Part shown: one piece after another, positions 13,147 through 23,490 of the stretch | Layout of the letters: each line of letters begins with the position of its first letter | Position numbering within the stretch: position 1 is the first letter of the stretch | NCBI RefSeq assembly: GCF_963506605.1 | Contig: NC_083281.1 | Span: forward strand, 44,454,001 to 44,518,000 | From: Zootoca vivipara | Taxonomy: Eukaryota | Direction: 5' to 3' | DNA: 64,000 nucleotides | The notes under the pieces: model-generated | The model's database searches: none | Seen by the model: the letters and a program-made list of their open reading frames with translations, nothing else | What the model was told of the DNA's origin: nothing | Translations under genes and position numbers: made by a program

Positions 13147-13282
13147 CAGGCATCCCCAAACTGCGGCCCTCCAGATGTTTTGGCCAACAACTCCCATGAT
13201 CCCTAGCTAACAGGACCAGTGGTCGGGGAAGATGGGAATTGTAGTCCAAAACTTCTGGAGGGCTGAAGTTTGGGGATGCCTG
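13147..13282. mobile_element. hAT-type MITE (136 bp) at the edge of the RRAGC promoter
   Basis: TIR CAGGCATCCCCAAACT; perfect TSD GTTTAGGA. Confidence 0.9.
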
Positions 13283-13664
13283 GTTTAGGATGTCCTTGTT
13301 TCAGCGTCGCGAACCAACCTGGAATCACATGGAAGCGGTGGCGGTGGGGGGGTTGGCCTCCACCCATTCAAAAGCTCTCCTGAAAAAGTGTGCTACGGCC
13401 GTGAAAGCTAATAAACTGACACCCCCAAACCCTCCACTCCTTTCCCTTTTCCACGGACTCACTAAAACAGCATGACCAGGAATTTTCTATGGAGGAATAG
13501 CTGAAACTTCCAGCATCCCACATATTGATTCTTTCACTGGCCAAAAAGAATTAAGGTTACAATTCTAAGCACTCTTAATTGGGAATTGCAGGAGGATCTT
13601 GGGTTGGCTGCTCCTGTTCTAAGGGAAGTTAGCTTTCCCCTAGGAATTTTAAGTGGCATTCAAG

Positions 13665-13795
13665 TCCAAGTCATTCGAAGTTTTTAAAAAGAGGTTGGAT
13701 GACTATCTGTCATGGATGTTTGTTGAGATTCCTGCATTGCAGGGGGTTGGACTAGATGACCCTCGGCGTCTCTTCCAACCCGACAGTTCTATGAC
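13665..13795 (+). mobile_element. CR1 LINE 3' end fragment
   Basis: GAAGTTTTTAAAAAGAGGTTGGAT...GGGTTGGACTAGATGACC...TTCTATGA. Confidence 0.7.
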
Positions 13796-14043
13796 TCACC
13801 ACACCACTGTCTGTACCCTTATTTGTCTTTCATAAAAACTTTCAGCCCTCCAATGAAATAAATAGAAATATTGTCCCGCTGTATAATGGATCCACTTTTA
13901 AACAGTGCTTTTCTATTTAATGTTCTCTATTTTTTTTCAAGACAAGGTATTGAAAGATAATAGTCACCATGTTTACAAAAGCATATGAAGGAGACTTATT
14001 ACTGCAAGAGTCAGGAACACTAGATTTGTGTGCTTCAGGGTCT

Positions 14044-14049
14044 TTTATT
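14044..14049 (-). terminator. MYCBP: MYCBP poly(A) signal candidate
   Basis: AATAAA on the minus strand, about 20 nt after the stop. Confidence 0.5.
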
Positions 14050-14068
14050 CAAGTAATACAAAAGGGAC

Positions 14069-14110
14069 TTATTCCTTCTTCTCTTCCTGAGGTGGTTCAT
14101 ACTGAGCGAG
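14069..14110 (-). CDS. MYCBP: MYCBP exon 5
   Basis: LAQYEPPQEEKKE*. Confidence 0.93.
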   Translation of the reverse strand, partial: LAQYEPPQEEKKE

Positions 14111-16046
14111 CTGCAAAGAGAAACACCCTGATTAAGTCTCAGATCATTTAGGTGGGTTCCCAAAATTATGTTCCCAAAATTATGTTGTGTCAAAAAAAGT
14201 ATGCTATGGGTTGACACTCTTGTTAGTGTGGATACATTAGCAGTGCATAATAGCCCTTTGGCTGGCTTGCCAAACAAGTTACTAAGCTACCTTTATAAAG
14301 AAATTGTGATTTTAAAAGTATAAATCTGATTGAGTTTTGTGTCAGTTGCTAGAACTTCAACACAATGACAATAAAGATTACATTGTGAATAAGGGGACAA
14401 TAAAAATGTACATTGGGAACAAGGGAACAATAAAGATCTACATTGGGAACAAGGGTGGAAGGAGACCAGCAGCACCTCTTATTTGCCAAGAAGCTGCTGC
14501 AGAGGTGGCACTAGGGTTGCCAGACTCAATAGAGGACAGGACTTCTGTGCCTTTAATTGCCCTGCTCTCTTTTGAGTCTGGAAACCTTAAAGAGAAACCA
14601 GCAGACCCTTTGTTTAATTTCCAAGCAAAGGGTCTGCTGGTTTCTCTTTAAGGTTTCCAGACTCAAAAGAGAGCAGGACAATTAAAGGCACAGAAATCCT
14701 GTCCTCTATTGAGTCTGGCAACCCTAGGTGGCACTGGGGAGGGCTGCCAAGAAGACAGCAGATCTAGCCTCCAAGGAACATGGAGCAGCTGTGAATGGTA
14801 TCACATTGATGGTGGTGGCGGCAGCAGCAGCAAACAATGCATTTACTGGAGGCTGGATCTGCTACCCCTGTGGATCCTGCTGCCTGAGGTGGTCACTTCA
14901 CCTTGCCTCATGGGTGAGGTGGCCCCAGGTCAGCAGCAGGAAACTGCCTGGATGAGCTTTACACTCCACAAACACTGAACACTTTACCTTTGCTTTTAGC
15001 TTCTTATTTTCTTCCAACATGGCTTCATACTTCTCTTTCATCTCTGCCACTTCCAAGCGAAGGGCTTCCACTTCAGGATTTTCTGGAGCAGTAGCTCCTA
15101 AGTGATGTTTCATAAAGCTTTTAACCAAAAGTTAAGTTATTTGCTTGCTTGGATGATACCTCACTGTGCAACTGATGAGCTGCAGCCTGAGCTACTCACC
15201 AAATTCTAAACTATGCCAGTTAACTCAGGTGCTGCCATCTGTCTGCACATCTACTTTCGTTTTTAGGCTTTCAGCCCACCAAAGTCAGGTTTACTCCTGA
15301 AAATAGTGAGTCCTACTGAGCTGCAAGGAGCCCTTTAGGGAGCCTCGTAATTGGGTCCACAGCACTTTATCCTATAGAACCAGAAAATGCAACGGGGGCA
15401 GGACTCAGGGCTAGCTCAGGGCTGTACTGAGCTACTGCGAGAATTCATTTCCCTAGCTTGACAGGGCTCCCCTCTCCCCTCCATTATTCTCATCCCCATC
15501 AAGTAGGCCAGACAAGTGAAGGATACTCCAAGGCACAGCTGGGTTTCTCGGGTTCTTCGTATAAGGCCACCAGGACTGCAGAAGGAGAAAAGGGAGAGAG
15601 GGATGAAAGGAAAGAGGAGGCTGAGTGGCTCGCTTTGCCCCGCTGCACCCTGAGTACATAGGCAACAGCTGCCTTATACTGAGCCAGACCACTCGTCCAG
15701 CATAGTGCGCACTGACTGGCAGTGGCAACTCTCCAACGTTCCAGGCAAGACTGGAGCTGGGACCTTCTGCATGCCAGGCAGGCGCTCTGCCTACTGAGGT
15801 ACGTCCCTGCACTCCTCCTCCTCTTCGTCTTCCTCCTGCCCGGCTTACCTTTGGTGAGGCTGTCCATGACGCCGGACTTCTCCAGGTAGCGGCGGAACTG
15901 CTCCCTCTTGGAGTCGGCGGCCTGTAAGGGAGTGAATGAGGGAGTCAGGGGCTTGAGGGGGCTCCCGCGCTCCCCCGCCCACCCCTCCTTCCATCTCTCC
16001 CTCCCTCTTTCCCTCTCCGCGGGCGCCCCACCTTGTAATTCGCCAT
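14069..16046 (-). CDS. MYCBP: c-Myc-binding protein (AMY-1), 102 aa; join(16032-16046,15849-15921,15527-15575,14988-15117,14069-14110)
   Basis: MANYK|AADSKREQFRRYLEKSGVMDSLTK|VLVALYEEPEKPSCALD|FMKHHLGATAPENPEVEALRLEVAEMKEKYEAMLEENKKLKAK|LAQYEPPQEEKKE*; 309 nt in frame. Confidence 0.96.
14368..14456. repeat. Minisatellite, 3 copies of about 30 bp
   Basis: ACAATAAA(G/A)AT.TACATTG(T/G)GAA(T/C)AAGGG repeated three times. Confidence 0.85.
14512..14726. mobile_element. Fully palindromic hAT MITE (TAGGGTTGCCA termini)
   Basis: 101-bp arms with 2 mismatches, 13-nt spacer; perfect 8-bp TSD GGTGGCAC. Confidence 0.92.
14988..15117 (-). CDS. MYCBP: MYCBP exon 4
   Basis: FMKHHLGATAPENPEV...KKLKAK; 130 nt. 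Confidence 0.95.
15118..15526 (-). other. MYCBP: U12-type (minor spliceosome) GT-AG intron, MYCBP intron 3
   Basis: 5'ss GTATCCTT; branch site AACTTAAC (15131-15138) about 13 nt from the AG; no polypyrimidine tract. Confidence 0.9.
15527..15575 (-). CDS. MYCBP: MYCBP exon 3
   Basis: LVALYEEPEKPSCAL; 49 nt. Confidence 0.93.
15660..15810 (-). mobile_element. tRNA-derived squamate SINE (Squam3-like)
   Basis: Minus strand reads CTCAGTAGGCAGAGCGCCTGCCTGGCATGCAGAAGGTCCCAG (tRNA-like head), then the family body. Confidence 0.6.
15849..15921 (-). CDS. MYCBP: MYCBP exon 2
   Basis: AADSKREQFRRYLEKSGVMDSLTK; 73 nt. Confidence 0.95.
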
Positions 16047-17250
16047 GGGGTCCGCCGCCTGAGCCGGAAGTAAGACTGCGCGTGCGCTTCGCACCCTTTG
16101 TAAGCGACGCGGCGTCCGCGCGTCGCCATGGAGACCGACGCTCCTCTTGCCGACGCCATCATAGACTTAGACTTGTAGACGTACACGCTCCACGTTCACT
16201 GGGTCTTCGCTGCCCCCGAGGCTTCTCGCACGTTGTCCTGGAGGCGGCGCCCGCCACGGGAGAACAAGGGTGTATGGAGGCGAAGGTCGAAAGCGGCCGA
16301 GGAGATCCCCTCTCCCCGCAGAGACAACAGGAGAGCAAGAGGGCACTCTATTTTTCCTACCTCTATGGCTGTGCTGCCTCTCCCCGCAGATCCCGCCCCT
16401 CCCTGGAGGGGGAAGACGAAGGCCCGAAGGCGGCCCCGCCCTCCAGGAGCAGCGCTCAGACGCGGAGGTCCGTGGGCGCCCGCCTGTGGCTGCCCCCGCA
16501 GGCCGAGGCCTCCTTCCGGGGCGGGGGGAGTCCTGGACCGCCGCTCCTGCCGCTCCTCCTTGCCCTGCCGCCACCGCCCTTGCAGGAAGCCGAGTCTCCC
16601 GACTGGCTCCCCTCGGCGGAGGCGCGAGTCCGGCCGTGACCGGGCTGGAAGCTCCCTTCCTGGGGGCTCTGCTGTCCCCGCTCGCTGCCGGTGCTGGAGG
16701 GCGGGGAGTCGGCCGTGCTCGGCGCCGCCGTGGCCGAGGAGACGGCGCTGCCCGATTCCCCGCCGCTGCAGGAGCCGCGCCGGGCACCGTTCGCGGGCGG
16801 CGGCGAGCGGGACGAGGAAGAGGAGCCGGCCATCGCTTGGGCTGCGTCGACGCCGGGGCCGCTCTCCTTGGTGCTGCTGCTGCTGCTCCGCGTCGGGCTG
16901 CGAGGGCCGGGCGGCGGGTGGGCTTCATCGGCTGCGGGTGGTGGGCCCTGGGCGAGGCGGTCGTCCGGGCAGGGTCCCCAGGGCGGGGGGTTTGAGTGCT
17001 GGCCCAGCAGGGCGGAGCGCGGGCTGCCCCCGAGGGCCGAGGGCGAAGCGCCGCAGGAGCCCGCTCGGCAGCGCTTGCAGGCCAGGTGGGCGACTTCCAG
17101 GCCGTTGAGGGCGAGGGACACGACGGCGATGGCTTGCATGAAGAGCAGGAAAATGGTCTTCTCGGTGGGCCGGGAGACGAAGCAGTCGACCACGTTGGGG
17201 CACGGCGGCCGCCGGCACTGGTAGAGCGGCTCCAGCTGGAAGCCGTAGAG
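15860..17250 (-). promoter_or_regulatory. MYCBP: MYCBP CpG island / promoter overlapping the GJA9 3' coding region
   Basis: CpG-dense; ETS site CCGGAAGT at 16064-16071, NRF1-like TGCGCGTGCGC near 16077-16087. Confidence 0.75.
16032..16046 (-). CDS. MYCBP: MYCBP exon 1 (coding part)
   Basis: ATG GCG AAT TAC AAG|GTGGGG. Confidence 0.9.
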
Positions 17251-17781
17251 CAGGTACTGGCCCATCATGAAGGCCACCTCCAGGGCAGAGCGCATTAGGA
17301 TATGGACCAGGTAGGTGCACATCAGCGAGCCCCTCAAGGGCGCTTTGCTCAGGCGCTTCTGCTCCAGCTGCCGCAGCTCCTTCTCCAGTCTCCTCCGATC
17401 CTCCGCCTTCTCTGGGGCTGTCCCCTCCAGCTCAGCCCTCACCTGGGCCTTCTTCTTCTGCCGCTCCTTCTCCAGGGTCCTCAGCCTGTACAAGGCGTGG
17501 CCCATGTAGACCAAGGAGGGCGAAGAGACAAAGATCACCTGCAGGACCCAGTACCTGATGAGGGAAATGGGAAAGGCCTGGTCATAGCAGACATTCCTGC
17601 AGCCGGGCTGCTCCGTGTTGCAAATGAAGTCTGCTTGCTCATCATCCCACACGTCTTCAGCAGCCACGCCAAGGACCAGCATCCGGAAGATAAAGAGGAT
17701 GGTCAGCCAGATCTTGCCAATCGTGGTAGAATGGATGTGGACTTCCTCCAAAATCCCGCCCAGGAAATTCCAGTCTCCCAT
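16456..17781 (-). CDS. GJA9: Gap junction alpha-9 protein (connexin 59-like), 441 aa, single coding exon
   Basis: [19 protein letters not shown]...; connexin loop cysteines [12 protein letters not shown] and [12 protein letters not shown]; SRPTEK motif; C-terminus PTDLRV; sits between MYCBP and RHBDL2 as in other vertebrates. Splice acceptor TAG at 17803-17805. Confidence 0.93.
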   Translation of the reverse strand: MGDWNFLGGILEEVHIHSTTIGKIWLTILFIFRMLVLGVAAEDVWDDEQADFICNTEQPGCRNVCYDQAFPISLIRYWVLQVIFVSSPSLVYMGHALYRLRTLEKERQKKKAQVRAELEGTAPEKAEDRRRLEKELRQLEQKRLSKAPLRGSLMCTYLVHILMRSALEVAFMMGQYLLYGFQLEPLYQCRRPPCPNVVDCFVSRPTEKTIFLLFMQAIAVVSLALNGLEVAHLACKRCRAGSCGASPSALGGSPRSALLGQHSNPPPWGPCPDDRLAQGPPPAADEAHPPPGPRSPTRSSSSSTKESGPGVDAAQAMAGSSSSSRSPPPANGARRGSCSGGESGSAVSSATAAPSTADSPPSSTGSERGQQSPQEGSFQPGHGRTRASAEGSQSGDSASCKGGGGRARRSGRSGGPGLPPPRKEASACGGSHRRAPTDLRV

Positions 17782-17974
17782 GGCTATGCCGCCATTCTGA
17801 CCCTAGAAGCCAAAGCAGAAGAAGAAAAAATGGAAAATGGTCATGTTTGGCGGGCACATGTTGAAAATGACAAAGGCAAAGTTGTCCCTCATCAACCAAC
17901 TCCAGATGAACCTCTTCCGTCTACTCTGTATGCCTGATACTCCAGACAGTCAGGTCTAAATAAATTGTTGGGGT

Positions 17975-18950
17975 CTATAAAAAGGATAAAAACGTATACC
18001 CACCCATTTTCTTATACCATGCATATTTTTATACGCCACTATCATGTTTCTTCTTGCCTTTTCTTTAAAATGAAAAAGGCCCAAATGTTGCAATGATCCC
18101 CTTGGGAATTTTGGTTGCCTCTTTCCAACTCTATAAAATCCTTTTTGAGATGAGCAACCAGAACTGTACACAGTATTTCAAGTGTGTTTGCAGCACAGAT
18201 TCGCATTACAACATGATATGGATAATTTATTTTCAATTCTTTCCTAATGATTCCAAACATGGAATTCATATTTTTCGCTGCTGCTGCACAGAGTCAACAT
18301 CTTTTTAATTGACTATGACTCCGGGTCTTTGTTCCTGGTTAGTCCCTGCCAATTCAGGGCCCCACAGGCATATATGCTGTTAGGAATTTTTTGCCCTGGT
18401 GTGTATCACTTTACATTTGTTTACATTGAATTTCATTTGCCATTTTACTGCCCATTCACCCAATTTGGAAAAATTCTTTTGGAGCTTCTTTACATCCATT
18501 ATTGTTTTTAACCACTCTGAATAATTGGGTCTCATCAACAAACTTTGCTACCTCACTTTTCACCTCTAACACCAGGTGATTTAGGAACAAGTTAAAAAAC
18601 TCTGGTCCCAACACTGATCTTTCGGGATGCTTTCTACATCCCTCCAATGGGAGAACTGTGAACACTTAAAATTCCATTTTGAAAAGTAGAATATTTTAAT
18701 ATTTCCCCCATATTGAGCCTCCAACTTTCTAACAAAGATTGAAAGAAATCTCTACTTGTACAAAAACTACATGAGTCTCTACCAATATATCCAGTCATTT
18801 GCAAGAGGTGGTTGCATATAATGCATCTTGACCACAATTCAGATTTTCATATTTTGCAAGCATTGCTCCCTGAAAGAAGCTGATGGCTTCTTGTATTTTG
18901 TTTCACTATTTTAGTAGTACACATACCTTTTCAGTTGAAAACAAATTCTG
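17975..18950 (-). mobile_element. Old CR1 LINE fragment
   Basis: Degenerate RT sequence (SVLGPEFFNLFLN...VAKFVDETQLF) with frameshifts. Confidence 0.7.
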
Positions 18951-19756
18951 AAAGAGTGCAGTGGATTCTTGCAACTAGTTCACCTTCTGTATATTCCATA
19001 GGCATTACAAAACGGTGATGGATTTTTTTTCTTCATGGGAAAAAAATGGAACGTGAGCACACAAATCAATCAGCCCTTTGCAGCCGCAGTTGCTTTTCAA
19101 ATTTTCATTAGGAGCAAAATGATAACCAACCTGTAAAAGCAAAAACCCTGGAACTGAAGAGATCAACCCTTGTGCCTTTGTGCAGTTTATTTTTCTTCTT
19201 GGATTTTCTGGTCCATCACAATTGCCGTAGGCAAAAGGAAATAATAATCCAGGCTATGTTCAAATAACTGACCTCCACTCCCAGTTCTGGATAACAGGCT
19301 GGCAGGCTGTATCTCTTACCATCTTATTGGTACCAAGGTTGATGTGAGCCATGGCTCTCCTTTTTATTCCATTTCCAAAAACAGGTAGCAAGAAACCCAC
19401 AATCCACATTAAGGCCATATATTAGGCCAACCAGCATGTCACAAAATTGTGTGCGATCCTTTTGAGCTCTCCGGAACTCTTCATCACATGAGATGGTGAA
19501 CAAAACAAGAGGCGGGAAACAGCTGGCAGGCACTGAAACCGTGGGGTGGAGCCTGCATTTTGTCACAGGGTGGAAAGTAGGATGGGGAAAGAAATGTTCG
19601 CATGAGGCTCTGCAGAGTTCATGTTGCCTTTGCTGTAGGAAAAATGTTCCCCATTGCCCTGCAGCAAAAGCTGTTGAATAATGATGGCTGGAATGGTGTA
19701 TAGAGGAAGATATTCTGGCAGGACCAAATGTGGGCCAAGGAGACCAGTTTCAAATG

Positions 19757-20190
19757 TTACCTTCTCAGCCCACCAAATAACAAGGTGGGGTGCATCTTGA
19801 ATTCATCAAGGTTTTTTGAATCTTTAAATACTTGGTGTTTAACTGCTTTTCCTGATAATTTCATAGTTTTATTGTAAACTGCTTTCAGGTTTGGCTTGTT
19901 TGTTTTTTTTGCAATCAAACAGTATATAAATTTTATGAAATAAATAATTAGTGTGAGCACCTTCAATTGATCCCCAAAATGAACTGGCAGCCCTTTGGGG
20001 CCAGTTGAAGTTTCCTAGTTGTCTTCAAGGGCATTACAGTAATCCAATCTGGAGGTAACCAGAGGCATGGAGTATTGTGGCGAAGTAATCTCTGTCCGAA
20101 AGGAACCATAGCTGGTGAACCGGCTGTAGATGAGAACCAGCACTCCTAGCCATCGAGGCAGCCTGGGCTTCAAGGGACAATGTAGAATAA
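19757..20190 (-). mobile_element. L2 LINE fragment
   Basis: LVTSRLDYCNAL motif typical of L2 ORF2. Confidence 0.6.
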
Positions 20191-20825
20191 TAATGTTTCT
20201 ATAGTGCTTTAAAGTGTCTAAAAAACTCCACATGCTTCAAATCCTTCCAGTTCTCAGAAGATCTGGGCACAGTGTGGGGGGCTTTGTTCCAGGTCCAAAA
20301 GGCACTACTGCTGTAGCCTGCAGCTGTGTTACCCTGAGCCCCTGGAAAGGAAGGGAAATTATGCTGTCTCTGTTTCTTTCCAGGCAGGTTCCCACAAAGT
20401 TCCCTGGGAATAAAATGCAGTCTCTAACCCCCCCCCCCAAAAAAATCCCTGCCTGCAGCCTCTGGGAACAGTTTGTATTTGCTGCATCACAGCGGGCACA
20501 GCAAGGAGTAGCCTGCAAAAGCTGCTGGCTGATTTGTCCTATCAGTTACCCCGCTCACCTTCCACAAGAGAAAGACCCATCACCTGAAAGGAACAACAAA
20601 CCCCATTTATTTTAATTGGGAGTGATTATTGATTAATAGGGTAATTAATTGAAGTACCAATTGATGTTGTGAAATGGATGTTCAATTCACAGCAGAAAAC
20701 TCTGGGGCCAAAGGAGTGGTTTTCTTTTTTTACGTGGGGTCTCAGGTGGGCTAGCCTGCCTGGTTCTTATGCAAGGTTTGCCTTCAGTGAAATGGGTTCT
20801 TGCCAGTAGTTTACTTTGTTTAGAG

Positions 20826-20962
20826 CAGGCACCCCCCAAACTCGGCTCTCCAGCTGTTTCGGGACTACAATACCCATCATCCCTGACCACTGGTCCTATT
20901 AACTAGGGATGATGGGATTTGTAGTCCTAAAACAGCTGGAGGGCCAAGTTTGGGGATGCCTG
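20826..20962. mobile_element. hAT-type MITE
   Basis: CAGGCACCCCCCAAACT...GGGGATGCCTG; TSD GTTTAGAG/GTTTAGAA. Confidence 0.88.
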
Positions 20963-23307
20963 GTTTAGAACATGCCAATAGAGTTAAGGGCCTAGTCCCA
21001 TGAGATGTCCTGGCCACAGAAAATCCAGTTGACACCCTGGCAGCCTCCTCAGAGGGTAGGCTCCTATACTGTACAGGGCTTGGCTAGCTTGGTAAACGTA
21101 TCCCACCATTTATTGCTTGTTTCTTCACATGGCAGATAACTAAGGCAGTGTCTTTTCTTTCACCCTCTGGAGTCCTCTCTCCTTGGAGCCTGTGCATTCT
21201 TTTCTTTGAAAGAGGAGGCAATCAATATGCATCTACGCAGCTTCTAAATGGGCCCACAGCGCAAGCAAGAAGGCTGTTGCTTTCTGGAAGAGAGCAATAA
21301 CTAAACATGTTGCCAATATTTAAATCAGTTGGTTAGCTCGTTTCTTTTCACTGGTATTGAACAGTCCAGGGTGATCTGGATTAGACAGGCACACAATAAT
21401 GGCATACAAAAATAATTAGCTTGTTTCCAATTACTAGCAAGCCAGGAGCACCTGTAATTCCTCCCACCTTATTAATTTGCACAATTTGAGGAACATATTG
21501 CAGAGGACAAGCAAACAACCAGATGGAGAGAGCTCCCAGCAGCGGATCAATATCATGTTCTGGCACTGAGTAGCAATCAATCGGTCACGTCCGATTTCAT
21601 AGTTAAATGAAACGAGGCCCCAGCGCAGTCAAATCCTCTGTGCCAGCCTCTCCTTCACCACAGGCCTTTCAGCAACTGATTTCTCTCGTTTTTATATGCA
21701 GCTTCAGTAATTGAAGTTGGTCCATTGAATCCACCCCATTCCTTGAATTACCTACTTCTTGCTGAATAATTCTACTGGATCTGGCCTCTCCTTGTCATTC
21801 CAGGAAACAGATGTTCCCTGTTTTAGTATCTGTGTTTGCAGAGAGTCAGGAACCTCTTTTTGAGGTACAGTGAGGGACAGTCGTAGCTTAGGGGTATGCA
21901 GAGGGCCCAGGTTCAATCCCCAATATCTCCAGCCTGAGATTAACCTTATTGGCCAAGAGCAGCTCAGGAGACAGAGCTGAATACATTTTAAAAAGAACCT
22001 CAGGATAGTTGCTGCATAAAAATGGCTGGCTGGGGCAAAGGGGTTACTCCCTAAGTCCTCGGAAGTGCCTTCTGAATAACCCTGAGGGAACCCTGTTTGC
22101 TTAGAGCTTGCTGCCCTTTCCCTCCTGTCTATAAAAAGGACATGAGTCATTTATCCTTGCTCTGGCCAGGACCCCCTGACAGACCACTTGTAATTATCAT
22201 ATCCATTCCCCACATGAAAAGGCAGTGCTACAACCACTAAAGCTATTCCTGCAAACAGCCAATCTTCCAGAGTGCATTTTGTAACACACCCAGTTTTCTT
22301 CCCAAATATGCACCAACTTTCACATGTACAAAAAGGAGTTAGCAAAATGTTTACCATTTTGTGCTGGCAATTCACAAAGAATGCCTGGTTAAAAGAGCCT
22401 AGCTTATTCATTAGTTGTAAGATCCAATAGCAAAAAGCTTTTCTGACCTAAAGTTGGCTTAACTTGCAGTGTTTTTATATTAAACTGGCTGTCTAAACAT
22501 TTCAACGAACACACAATTTAAAAGCCAGTGGATTAATCTTGACATTGGTTCAGTTAACTCAAGACCCCAGCTATTTGTCACCTCTAATCTGCTACTTAGC
22601 GGGACAACAACTGAACCAGAATAAAGAACAGGACACCTCTCCTGTTGCAGGGAAGCTTTGCAACAAAGCCACTATAATAACACTGCAACCCCACCCCCAA
22701 CCCAACAGAGTTGTTTCAGGAGGATACTGTGGTCAATGGTATAGAAAACCACTGAAAGGCTGGGAAGAATCCACAGGGAAGAACTTACCTACCCCTCTCT
22801 CGATAATCAATGAGAGCAACCAGAGCTGTTGCAGGCCTACAGCCAAACTGAAATGGGTCTAAATAATCTGCTTCATCCCCACCCCACTGCCTTCCCCAAA
22901 AAATTATATTTCTCTTGTATCTGTAGTCAGAACATGGCAGACTATCTGGACAGAATTGGGCAAAACTGATCTCAAGAAGGAAAGACATGATCACATGCAG
23001 GACCACTTGTGTCCAGAGAATGACAAGCTCATATATGAACGAAATATCATATTGTGCAAATGCTATGGCACAGCAAAATAATTCCAAACATAAGAAGTAA
23101 TGAAAATGCATTGCAGTTTAATATTAAAATACAATAGAAATATTTTCAGAGCACTGAAGTGCAACATTTGAATTTGGCAAGATAGTGATTATTTTTAAAA
23201 ACAACAACAACAAAAACCACTGTTGCAATGAAATATCACCCATAGAAAAGAAAATCACTTCATATTGTCCTTTCAAGCTTTGCCTAGCCATTGTCAGGTG
23301 ACGTATT

Positions 23308-23490
23308 CTATTGGTTTGCTGGTGAAAAAAACACATTGAACAATACAGCAAACACTACAAATGCCAAGTAAGCAATTATGCAGACCCAGAATCGAGGATC
23401 TTTAATGAAATTCTTATCAAAACAGCTGAATATGACATAGCCTATTGACATCCCAGCAAGGCCTCCGGCAATGTGGGCCACAAAGGAAAC
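23308..23490 (-). CDS. RHBDL2: RHBDL2 last coding exon
   Basis: VSFVAHIAGGLAGMSIGYVIFSCFDK...FFSPANQ*. Confidence 0.94.
   Translation of the reverse strand, partial: VSFVAHIAGGLAGMSIGYVIFSCFDKNFIKDPRFWVCIIAYLAFVVFAVLFNVFFSPANQ

Noticed and set aside
14368-14456. CRISPR-like repeat array
   Set aside because: Eukaryotic minisatellite with no unique spacers.
15908-17937. Long plus-strand and alternative-frame ORFs (243, 291, 241, 253, 211 aa) over GJA9/MYCBP
   Set aside because: Expected stop-codon scarcity in very GC-rich antisense sequence; no recognisable domains.
19120-19330. Candidate upstream non-coding GJA9 exons (donor GTAAGA near 19319, acceptor near 19131)
   Set aside because: Plausible splice signals, but they cannot be supported without transcript data.
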